DNA of 64,000 bases from Leucoraja ocellata (lineage: Eukaryota), in assembly GCA_036785375.1 (NCBI GenBank), contig JAWMAR010000007.1:10912001-10976000 (forward strand). The letters are read 5' to 3'. This document shows, piece by piece, positions 52,516-64,000 of this stretch. The notes under the pieces are model-generated. The model saw only the letters and a program-made list of their open reading frames with translations, ran no database searches and was not told where the DNA came from. The position numbers were made by a program, and so were the translations under genes. Each line of letters opens with the position of its first letter. The first letter of the stretch is position 1.

Positions 52516-52916
52516 AGGGGATGTCAGGGTTCTGTCAGACCCGCTGAATTACTCCAGCACTTTGTGTGCTGCACAAGATCCTAGCATCTGCAATTTATTG
52601 TCTGAGAAGCTCTCAGAACTGTTTTTATATGTTTAATCCTTTGTTATATAATGCTTTTGTTATAAACAGGGAACCATCTTGCTTGTTCCTTCCTGGTCTA
52701 CTTTCTGAGAATTTTGCAAAATTAAAAAATGAAGATATCAGTGAAGTACGGTGTTGATTTGAAATGTTGCTGGTGTATTTTGCAATGCACCAGAAACAGC
52801 TCAGCAGCCAGAGGAAACCACAACATTCAGAGAACTGCAGGAAGCAGCAAGGAGTCTTGGTTCCACCGAGCCAAAGAGAACGCCAGTGGCATCTGAGAGC
52901 TCTATGAGAGAGGAGA

Positions 52917-52965
52917 ATGCTGTTCATTCTGCTTTGCACCATTGCCCTGCCTATCTCCGCTACTC
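52917..52965 (+). CDS. Signal-peptide exon of Siglec-15-like gene B
   Basis: agaATG, MLFILLCTIALPISAT + C, phase-1 donor GTAAGT at 52966; joins 57797 as ...SAT-R-CSSSGWSM. Confidence 0.82.
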
Positions 52966-54289
52966 GTAAGTTTGCTTGGGTATGGATATGGTTTAATTGT
53001 TGTTAATAAGAACATTTTATTGTTAGAGTTCAGAACGTTTGGGCAAGAGCAAATAAAATGGGCCAGAGGCAAATTGGAGGCTGGGAAGCTACGTGCAATT
53101 GTGGACTCTACAATGCAACACTGAGCAAATGGTCCTCGAGGGGCTGAGAGCAGGTTAATCCTCGGGCTGAAAGTTCTGTGGGATGGTTGAATAGACTGGG
53201 CTTGTGTATCCTTCAGGAGAGAAGGGGGTACTTCATCAAGCAGTTTAAATTGATTTTTACTTGAAAGGGTCAAATGAGTGAAAGATTTCCTCTAGACGAG
53301 AGTTGAACCGAGGGAGTTGGGAGTACCGAGGAAAAGCAAGACGTTGTGTGCAAGTCTGAGCTATTCTGAAGGTTATGGCACAGGTAGATAATATGGTTAG
53401 CTGGGGCACAGAATAGAAGAAAAAGGGTGGCACAGTGATGCAGCTGGTGGAGTTGCTGCCTCCATGCCCCAGACCTCGGTTCAAATCTGATCTTATGGGG
53501 AAGTTTGCGTGGAATCTGCACAATCTACCTGTAACCGAGTGAATTTCATCTGACGTGCCACAGGTGTGTAGGTTTGCCTGTTAATTGGCCTCTGTAAAAT
53601 TGGCGCTAGTATGTAGGAAGCAGATGCGAATGTGGGACATCATAGATCTATGTTATGAGCCGGAGAGACCATGTTATGAGTAATAGCTGTTACTGGCATT
53701 AACCCTACAGGATTCAGAGCTGGGTCCTCTGATTCATAGTGTCGTGGAGCATAGAAACAGGCCCTACTTGTCCATGCCAACCAAGATGCTCCATCTGTGC
53801 TAGTTCCACCTGCCCGCGCGTGTCCAATATCCCTCTGAACCTTTCCAACACATCCATCTGTCCAAATGTCTTTTAAATGCTGATATAGTACCTATCTCAA
53901 CTACCTCATCTGGCAGCTATTCCATATACCTTCTGCCCTCTGTGTGAAAAAGTTGCCCATCGGGTTCTATGAAATCTCTCCCCCTCACCTTAAAGCTATG
54001 TCCAGTGGTTCTTGATTCCCCTACTCTGGGAAAAATAGTTTTATATTACTAACACAGGGGAAAAGACGGAGTGTAACCTATCGAGTTTGCTGGTGACCTA
54101 AAACTGAGTGGGAATGTCAGCTGGGGGCAGGGCGTAGTGGGTCAACAAAGAGAGACGGGTTAGATATGAGGGAAAGAAAGTACAGATGGGGTAGAACGAG
54201 GGAAAATTAGGTCATGCATGGAAGAACACGACAACCGAGAATAAACAAAGACACAAGAAATTGCAGGTGCAATTGCAAAATAATTATTA

Positions 54290-56140
54290 TAACAGTTGGA
54301 GAGGGGCCAATTTATGTTGTATGAAAATGTTGAATAAATCTTCCCTAGGTCCTATCAAATTTAACCAAGAGTTCAACAATATCACTCATCATTTTTTCTA
54401 AATTTAAACATGATATCGTTTCAGAATACCAATGGCGTGTGATCGGAGGATTAGAGTCTTTCCCTTTAAATAAAATAGATCTTCTGGCAATTAATGTTGT
54501 AAACGCAATCAGCCGATGGGCGGATCGGGACAGATGAATAAAATCTAACATTGGTAGCCCAAAAATTACAGTAATATGATGAGGTTGTAAATCAATACCT
54601 AAAACTACAGAAATAGTATCAAAAATGTATTTCCACTATTTTTCCAAAAGTGGGCAGGACCAAAACATATGAGTCAATGAGACCACGTCAGAATTACATC
54701 TGTCACAGGTAGGATTTATATGACCATAAAAACGAGCTAACTTATCTTTTGACATATGAGCTCTGTGAACCACCTTGAATTGTATCAAAGTGTGTTTTGC
54801 ACACATTGACGAAATATTAACTAATTGAAGAATCCTCTCCCATTTCTCTATAGATAGAGAAACGTGTAACTCAGTGGGTCAGATAGAGAAATGTGGAGTT
54901 CTCTTTCCCAGTCATTCTTAATTTTATTAAATGTATCTTTTTTAGATTTCAAAATCAACTCATAAATAGTCATTATTAAGCCCTTCTGATAAGGGTTCAA
55001 ATGTAAATTTTTTCCCCAAGATTTTGGTTTGATGTGGTAACGGAAAAAAGGGTAGATTAGCCCTCAAAAAATGGCTAATTTGTAAATATCTAAAGAAATG
55101 TGAATTTGGTAGATTATATTTATTGGAGAGTTGTTCAAAAGACATAAAACAACCATCCAAAAACAAATCATGAAAAGTTACTAATCCCTTCCTCTTCCCT
55201 AACAGAAACACTTGATCAGTACTAGAAGGTTAGAAGTAAAAATTAGATATGATAGGACTCGATAAGATAAAATCATTTAATCCAAAAAACTTACGAAATT
55301 GAAACCATATTCGGGGTGTATGTCTTATTATTGCGTTAGTCGTATATTTATTCAATCTCGTAATTGTAAAAGGTAACGAGGCCCCTAGAATAGAAGCCAA
55401 TGATAGCCCTTGCATAAGTCCCAGATTTATCCATCCTGGGCATTGGGTATCTTCTAAATCTTTTGTCCACAACGTTAGATAGCGAGCATTAACTGCCCAA
55501 TAGTAGAATCTAAGGTTTGATTTCTGTAAGTATTTTTTACTTAGTCTGGAATTTTTATTCTGCCATATATATGAAGAAATGTTGGAGACAATAATATCAA
55601 AAAAAGATTTAGCAATTGGTATCGTCTGAAATAAATACAAAAATGTAGGTAAGATAAACATTTTTAATAACATTGATTCGGCCTATTAAAGATAAGGTGA
55701 CCATTTATTGAACTGTTGTTTGATATGGTCAATTAGAGGTGTAAAATTTGCTTTAAATAAATCCTTGTAATCTTAATGACTAATCACTTACCAGTAATCA
55801 GAGATCCCTTTTTTTTGCAGGCTCTTTCGAGATACGAGACAGGGCTGTCCTTTAAGTCCTTTATTGTTTGATATCGCTTTGGAACCTTTGGCCACCGCTA
55901 TTAGGGATTCCCCTAATATTTTTGGTATTGTCCATGGGAATGAGACACATAAGCTATCTCTTTATGCAGATGATCTGTTATATGACCTGAGAAATCTATT
56001 CCAGCAATAGTAGCACTACTTAATCAATTTAGTAGTTTTTCTGGTTATAAACTAAATCTTAGTAAGAGTGAGCTTTTTCCATGAAACAATCTAGTTTCGA
56101 ATTATGGACAGTTTCCATTTAGATTGACTACCGAAGAGTT
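54290..56140 (-). mobile_element. L1-clade LINE ORF2 remnant with an inverted 5' part
   Basis: Minus strand: KMFILPTFLYLFQTIP, LRFYYWA, CCHC knuckle (CDRC...HMFWSCP). Plus strand ~55800-56130: [20 protein letters not shown]...LSLYADDLL. Confidence 0.85.
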
Positions 56141-57796
56141 CATACTAACCATGGAGCACATTAACCCCACGTTAGCTCAACATCAGTGTCCCAGATCAAT
56201 CGGTTATTTAGTCCAGTGTTTATTGAATCTTACTGTTCAAACTTTGTCTTCTCCATTTTCCACATTTGAATCAGAGATTCCCAAGGTCTACAAGTCCCCT
56301 TTTGCTGGCACCGGTAATAACAGTTTCTACATTCACATAACTTCACATAACCGAGAGAAGGTGAAGAGAAGATTTATGAGGATGTTGCTAGAACCTGAGT
56401 GCCTGAGCTAGAGGGAAAGGTTTGGCAAGCTACAACTTTATTCCTTGGAGTGCAGAATAAAGTGATCTTATAGAGGTGTATAAAATCATGGGGAATATAT
56501 AATGTGAATGTTTGGGCACACACGTGGTCACAGGGAGAATGTACAAACTCCGTACAGACAGCAGCCGTGGGGAGGATCGAACCAAGGTCTCTGGCATTGT
56601 AAGGCAGATCCCAAAGTAATTCTTGATAACCATTTTGACTGTCTATGTTATGAGCAATTTTTAAGTCATTAGCAAACTTATTAATCATTCAAATTGATAT
56701 AGATGACACATAGCAAATGGCCTATCAACAATCCCTGAGACACACCACTAGCTACAGGTCTAACTGGCTACTGGTGGATCATGTTAACCTGATCTGTTTA
56801 GATCTCGTGCAATCTAACCTACTATGCGGAACCTTGTCAAAGGCGTTTCTGAAGACCAAATAGATTACATCTACGACCCAGCCCTCATCAACCTTGATTA
56901 CCTCTTCAAAAAACTCAATCACATTCATGAGACATGATCTCCCATGCACAAAACGATGTGACTGTCCCTAATCAACCCTTATCTTTCCAAGTGGGTGTTT
57001 GTCTAATTCCTCAGAATCTACACCAGTGACGATGTTAGGCACATTTCCAAGGTGTTTCTTTGCAGCCCTTCTTAAGTAGAGGCACAAAATTAAGCAACCT
57101 CTAGTCTTCCTACCCTAACCCAATATTATTCTCCACATATTTCCCTCGATTCCCAGTTCAAACGACCCACATATACACGAGCGGCAACATACAATGGTCA
57201 ATTAAATAAAAATGCATGTCTTTGGGATGTTAGAAACGGCATACGAAGGAGAAAGCCCATGCAATCATACATAAAATATGCAAACCACACACAGTACCGA
57301 AGGTCAGGAGTAAACTCTGGTTCATGGAGTTGTGATTCAGCAGATTGACTAGCTGCTCCACTGTGCCAGCTGTGGAAACCAATGACTTGCGGTCAGGTAC
57401 TTCCTTGGTGAGATCTTTCTGTGCACTACTTGCCTGTGGCATTCCCAACGCTATTTCACCGCCAACACTTCAAACCTGTGAAGCTCTGTGGACCACCCCC
57501 TGTCTGTGAGGGAAGTGATGTAAATGCAAGGTTTCTCCCGGACAGCAGCTTAGAGCTGTGAGAGATGTGGCTCCAGTGAAGAGCCAGCACAGCCCGGAGG
57601 AGGGGAACCACTGTTAGTGTCACAGTCCCACCTCCCCATTTCTCACAGCTCACCACATAGTGACGGTGACAAACAGCACAGCAGCATCACAGTTCAACTG
57701 TCTTCCACAAGGGCAGGGACCCAGGGTGGGCGCAGCCTCCTACAGTGACTGTGGCCCTCAGTTCAGTCTTAACGTTACATCTCTATGTCTTCACAG

Positions 57797-58180
57797 GCTG
57801 CAGTAGCAGTGGTTGGTCCATGGAGACACCAGACGAGGTGATGGGGACGGAGGGGAAGCTCGTGGTTCTGTACTGCAAGTTCACTCACCCTCACCATGAA
57901 TACAAAGGCAACATCAACATCATCTGGAGTGAGTGGCAGACCAAGAAGACCCTTTTCAAATACAAAAATTATCAATCGAGCGGCACGTATAAAAATGAGA
58001 TCGTGGATAATGTAGGCGCTCGCTACAGACCAATGGGGGACCCTCGGAAGAACGATGCTTCCATAATCATTAATCAGCTGAGAACGACGGATACAAACAA
58101 GATCCTCAACTGTCGTGTTGCGCTCACGGGGCAAACAGGGGCAACGTTTGGATGCCCACATGGGCGAATCACAGCATCAG
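57797..58180 (+). CDS. Ig V-set exon, Siglec-15-like gene B
   Basis: gtcttcacAG acceptor, 384 nt, phase 1-1, GTGAGG donor. WSMETPDEV...VLYCKFTHPHHEYKG.I..IW...RYRPMGDPRKNDAS...CRV...HG closely follows recalled Siglec-15 WSMQVPPEV...VLPCTFTHPHRHYDG.L.AIW...RFRLLGNPRRNDLS...CRV...HG. Confidence 0.92.
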
Positions 58181-61100
58181 GTGAGGAATGATTGTGCTGC
58201 AAACAAACAATTTGTCTTCCTTCCTGCTTCCTGTGATTCCGATGTTACTGGCATGGCTGGCAATTGTTCAAGCTGCGGACTTGTTGGCTACATCACTGGG
58301 AGATCATGCCCTGGTTTGACTGTCTAAAATACATCACGTTGCACTAAACTGAATTTTAACTCTATTAACCAACCCTCAACCCACTTGCCCCGCTGATCAC
58401 GATCCTGCTGTAGTTTTGATAACCATCTTCACTCATACTACTCATTTCTACCTTGACCATGATGTACAGTCACTGTGGAATGGGGGTGATGTCATTGCCA
58501 CATCTGGCCTGCTGTTATAGTCACATATTATATCTCCTCCAGTTAAGTTTCAGATATTGGTATTGGTTTATTATTGTCTATTGCACTGAGATACAGTGAT
58601 ATTTTTCGAGTGCCATCCAGACAAATCATCCCATTGAGGCACTAGAAACTGCAGATGCTGGAACCATGAGCAAAACACAAAGTGCTGAAGACACAGTGGG
58701 TCAAGCAGCATTGGTGGAGGAAATGGACAGGCAATTATCCGGGTCGGTTCCCTTCAAACTGATGGAGTAGTAGGGAGAAAGATGGGAACGGGGCAAAGCT
58801 TGCCCAATGATAGGTGGATGGAGGTGGGAGGGGGAGGGGGGGGGGGGCACGGGGGAGATGCTTATCAGATGGGTGGAGACAGTGATAATGGCGAGTGGTG
58901 AAAAGTGGTAAAAGGTGTCAGACAAGGAAACAAAATGTAAAGGTGGAGGCAAATGGATGGAATGGGCCAGGGGAGATGGGCAGGTGAAAGACGTGATAGA
59001 AGGAACTATGGGATTCGAGGATGGGAGATGAATACGGGAGAGGAAAGGAGCAGTGTGACAGGGATAATGGGAGCAATGTGTGCACAGTGGGCTGGTGGAG
59101 GGGGCGGGGAGGGAGGTATTACTTGAACTTTGAGAGTCAGTGTTCATACGGTTGGGTTATAAGTTACACAAGCTGACCATGAGGTGCTGTTCATCCTGTT
59201 TGCGTGTGTTCTCACATTGATAATACACAAGGCCAGTGACAGTCAGGTCAGTGTGGGAACAGAAAGAGGAGTTAAAATGCGTCGGAACCAGGAGCTCCAG
59301 CAGGCCTTGGCAGACTGAACACAAGTATTCATGATAATGGGGACACAGAATGCAATAGATGAGGTTGGAAGAATCATACCTTAGATGTGTGCATCAGGCA
59401 CTGTAAAAGATAAAATAAGCAAAGTGAAGAATGTAGTATGACAGCTACAGTGAAAGTGCTACTAAAGAGTAGTGCAAGCGTTTAACGTGGTAGATTGGAA
59501 GATCGCGTAATTCAACCCTAGCATTTGTGAGGTCCATTCAAGAATCTAACAATAGGTAAGAAGTTGTTCTTCCATCTGGTGGCACCTACTTTCAAGTTTT
59601 TGTATCTTCTGGGTGTGAGAATGTCAGGGTATTAGTTGTCCTTGATAATGTGGTTGCTTTCTCGAGGCAGCATTAAGTGTAGAATGGTGAAACGGAGAAT
59701 CAAAATTGACCCTGGCAGATTGGAGAGACAGCATTTGTTCAGGCAGTGTTAGTGAACAGGAAGGGGTAGTCCCTGGTTTTTAAAACAATGCTTAGACTAT
59801 TACGTGAAATGGGAGAAGGAGTCAGAACACAGATGCTCGAACCAACTCTCATCCATAAAATCATGTCTAATTCTGGACCTTGTTCATTCACTGAGAGATC
59901 CCCCAGACAGTGATCTCCATGAGACCCAGACAAACTGTGGACCTTTGGTTTGAACTTACTCAACTACGTTTTACCCACAGCTTCTGCATAATGTGGATTG
60001 TTGATTGTAATCATGTATAGTCTTTTCGTTGACTGGTTAGCATGAAATAAAAGCTTTTCACTGTACCTTGGTACAGGTGACAATAAACTAAACTCTGGGA
60101 TGGAAAATTCAGAAGGTTCACACACATTCTTGGAGGGAATTTCTTGATCTCAGTCCTGAATGTCTGACTTCTTTTTCCCTGACATGTGGTTTTTGAATCA
60201 TAAGCAGGAGGAAATAAACTTTCCACAAGTATTTGTGAAATCCATCTATTCCCCAGAGCCCTCTGTCCATTGACATCCATCAGTCCCAGTCCCCCTATTC
60301 TTTCCACACAATCCCCCAAATTATTCCAGTCAGGTGTGTTTAATAGTCATATGCACTGGGATTAGAACAACACAATTATTCATTGCTGCAACTTTGCAGG
60401 CACATTGATGCAACATAATAATACATTTACAACAAACATTAATACAATATCAGTTATACATGGTAATAGCATTTGATTAACATTTGAAGTATTTAAAGCA
60501 ACCTTATACAAAGTGCATAATAGTTTGGTGCAAGAGCCTGATGATGCCACAATGAACCTAAACACAACCAAACTTCAGCACTGATCTGTTATGGACAAAT
60601 AACGGGATTGCTGAATCACAGTTCGGGAGGGAGATCTTTAGTGAAATCAAAACAACCTGTTAAATGGCAAAATTGTCTTCTTGAACCTGGAGGTAAAGGT
60701 TCACATTTCCTGAACCTTCTACCTGGCAGTAGCAACAAGAGGAGATCAAGCCGTGTGATACTGTTATATTGGCTGACCTCAATATTTACTCTCATTCACT
60801 TACCAATCAAGTGACCACAACAGCCCATCACCAGGGCAATCCTGTCCCCAACCTATCATAGATTCCTCCACATTCCCACTTCTCTGCAACGTAAAAGACC
60901 TTTGGTTTATTGTAACTTTTCCCAGTTCTGATCATCAACCTGACAATCATTTGTTTCTCTCCTGATTTTTTCTATGGCAATGTAGCTATCGTAATCTTGT
61001 ACTTCATACTTTCATCATTGAGCCCAGCGTCTCGCACTTCACTAACCATTGCCTCAATGTGTCACATTTGTTTTAGTTAACTGTGTCTCAGAAGGAGTTT

Positions 61101-61489
61101 TCCACATGTTCCTTGGCATCCTGGAGCATTGTTCTGATTAACTATCTTATCTCTCATTTCTGTGTAGGTATTATCACTCGGTGCGTGTCTCTGTTAATTT
61201 TTATCTCACAAACCTTCTCCACCTCTTCATATTCCATTTGCAATCTTCTTATAATTCAATGGAAAATGACCATGTAGTAGAATATGCAGTAGAAAATGTA
61301 GTAGAGGTATACTACATCGACTGGATCCTTCCTTATCAATTCTGTTAGATATATTGTCCACCCTAACCCTAAACTCCACTTAAATTGTCAACAGAACTTC
61401 CCCTTCATCAAGAATTAAAACATAAATTGCTGTAAAATTAATCAGGTCTGATTGCAAGTCAACTGGAGGGGCGACAATATCCATGTAGG

Positions 61490-64000
61490 ACATAGAAACA
61501 TAGAAATTAAGTGCAGGAGTAGGCCATTCGGCCCTTCGAGCCTGCACCGCCATTCAATATGATCATGGCTGATCATCCAACTCAGTATCCCGTACCTGCC
61601 TTCTCTCCATACCCCCTGATTCTCTTACCCACAAGGGCCACATCTAACTCCCTCTTAAATATAGCCAATGCACTGGCCTCAACTACTCTCTGTGTGAAAA
61701 AAGTACTTCTCATCTCGGTTTTAAAGGATTTCCCCCTTATCCTTAAGCTGTGACCCCTTGTCCTGGACTTCCCCAACATCGGGAGCAATCTTCCTGCATC
61801 TAGCCTGTCCAACCCCTTAAGAATTTTGTAAGTTTCTATAAGATCCCCTCTCAATCTCCTAAATTCTAGAGAGTATAAACCAAGTCTATCCCGTCTTTCT
61901 TCATAAGACAGTCCTGACATCCCAGGAATCAGTCTGGTGAACCTTCTCTGCACTCCCTCTATGGCAATAATGTCCTTCCTCAGATTTGGAGACCAAAACT
62001 GTACGCAATACTCCAGGTGTGGTCTCACCAAGACCCTGTACAACTGCAATAGAACCTCCCTGCTCCTATACGTAAATCCTTTTGCAATGAAAGCTAACAT
62101 ACCATTTGCTTTCTTTACTGCCTGCTGCACCTGCATGCCTACCTTCAATGACTGGTGTACCATGACACCCAGGTCTCGCTGCATCTCCCCCTTTCCCAAT
62201 CGGCCACCATTTAGATAATAGTCTGCTTTCCCGTTTTTGCCACCAAAATGGATAACCTCACATTTATCCACATTATATTGCATCTGCCAAACATTTGCCC
62301 ACTCACCCAGCCTATCCAAGTCACCTTGCAGTCTCCTAGCATCCTCCTCACAGCTAACACCGCCCCCCAGCTTAGTGTCATCCGCAAACTTGGAGATATT
62401 GCCTTCAATTCCCTCATCCAGATCATTAATATATATTGTAAATAGCTGGGGTCCCAGCACTGAGCCGTGTGGTACCCCACTAGTCACTGCCTTCCATTGT
62501 GAAAAGGACCCGTTTACTCCTACTCTTTGCTTCCTGTTTGCCAGCCAGTTCTCTATCCACATCAATACTGAACCCCCAATGCCGTGTACTTTAAGTTTGT
62601 ATACTAATCTCTTATGTGGGACCTTGTCGAAAGCCTTCTGGAAGTCCAGATACACCACATCCACTGGTTCTCCCCTATCCGCGCTACTAGTTACATCCTT
62701 GAAAAATTCTATGAGATTCGTCAGACACGATTTACCTTTCGTAAATCCATGCTGACTTTGTCCAATGATTTCACCACTTTCCAAATGTGCTGCTATCCCA
62801 TCTTTAATAACTGACTCTAGCAGTTTCCCCACTACCGATGTTAGACTAACTGGTCTGTAATTCCCCATTTTCTCTCTCCCTCCCTTCTTAAAAAGTGGGG
62901 TTACGTTTGCTACCCGCCAATCTTCAGGAACTACTCCAGAATCTAAAGAGTTTTGAAAGATTATTACTAATGCATCCATTATTTCTGGAGCTACTTCCTT
63001 AAGTACTCTGGGATGCAGCCTATCTGGCCCTGGGGATTTATCGGCCTTTAATCCATTCAATTTACCCAACACCACTTCCCGGCTAACCTGGATTTCACTC
63101 AATTCCTCCAACTCCTTTGACCCGCGGTCCCCTGCTATTTCCGGCAAATTATTTATGTCTTCCTTAGTGAAGACGGAACCAAAGTAGTTATTCAATTGGT
63201 CCACCATATCCTTGTTCACCATGATCAACTCACCTGTTTCTGACTGCAAGGGACCTACATTTGTTTTAACTAATCTCTTTCTTTTCACATATCTATAAAA
63301 ACTTTTGCAGTCAGTTTTTATGTTCCCTGCCAGTTTTCTTTCATAATCTATTTTTCCTTTCCTAATTAAGCCCTTTGTCCTCCTCTGCTGGTCTCTGAAT
63401 TTCTCCCAGTTCTCCGGTATGCTGCTTTTTCTGGCTAATTTGTACGCATCATCCTTCGCTTTGATACTATCCCAGATATTCCTTGTTATCCACAGATGTA
63501 CTACCTTCCCTGATTTATTCATTTGCCAAACTGGGATGAACAATTATTGTAGTTCATCCATGCAGCCTTTAAATGTCTTCCATTGCATATCCACCGTCAA
63601 CCCTTTTAGAATTAATTGCCAGTCAATCTTGGCCAATTCACGTCTCATACCCTCAAAGTTACCTTTCTTTAAGTTCAGAACCATTGTTTCTGAATTAACA
63701 ATGTCACTCTCCATCCTAATGAAGAACTCAACCATATTATGGTCACTCTTGCCCAAGGGGGCACGGACAACAAGATTGCTAACTAACCCTTCCTCATTAC
63801 TCAATACCCAGTCTAAAATAGCCTGCTCTCTCGTTGGTTCCTCTACATGTTGTTTTAGATAACTACCCCGCATACATTCCAAGAAATCCTCTTCCTCAGC
63901 ACCCCTGCCAATTTGATTCACCCAATCTATATGCAGATTGAAGTCACCCATTATAACTGTTTTGCCTTTGTCGCACGCATTTCTAATTTCCTGTTTGATA
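61490..64000 (-). mobile_element. Young CR1 (HER1-like) LINE, ORF2 (endonuclease + RT) with one in-frame stop; continues beyond the window
   Basis: Endonuclease motifs GDFN, LDWVL, SDHN (63544-63951) in frame with RT (NYRPVSLTS, LDFQKAFDKV, FADDTK; 61582-63543), separated by a single stop at 63544-63546; (tttctatg)n tail. Confidence 0.96.

Noticed and set aside
35177-58180. Assigning the symbol siglec15 to either gene
   Set aside because: Two divergent paralogs, missing the second Siglec-15 disulfide and with non-matching synteny; orthology needs a phylogeny.
58181-61490. C2-set or transmembrane exon of gene B
   Set aside because: No Ig-like or hydrophobic exon with credible splice sites found; likely beyond the window.

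Overview
Repeat-rich vertebrate genomic DNA, most likely from a cartilaginous fish (skate/ray-type HE1-like SINEs, CR1/HER1-like LINEs, Penelope-derived repeats). It carries pieces of three intron-containing genes. (1) The 5' end of uba6 on the minus strand: a probable non-coding CpG-rich exon 1 near 13399-13740, exon 2 at 9473-9536 and exon 3 at 7778-7872. (2, 3) Two tandem, strongly diverged Siglec-15-like Ig-superfamily genes on the plus strand, transcribed away from uba6. Gene A has a leader at 31098-31155, a V-set exon at 35177-35584, a probable C2-set exon starting at 37772 that runs into a 200-N gap, and candidate cytoplasmic micro-exons at 38185-38860. Gene B has a leader at 52917-52965 and a V-set exon at 57797-58180. 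Both V domains keep the F-strand arginine that Siglecs use to bind sialic acid. The best candidate for an undescribed system is this Siglec-15-like receptor cluster beside uba6, which is not where mammalian SIGLEC15 lies. Also notable: a degenerate ~200-bp tandem array (~15960-23715) between uba6 and gene A, many minimal hammerhead-ribozyme motifs in Penelope-derived repeats, an ERV remnant, and Tc1, Harbinger, L1, L2, Rex1 and CR1 elements, often nested. Exon coordinates were read base by base; most transposon boundaries are approximate. All family assignments are from recalled motifs, not database searches.
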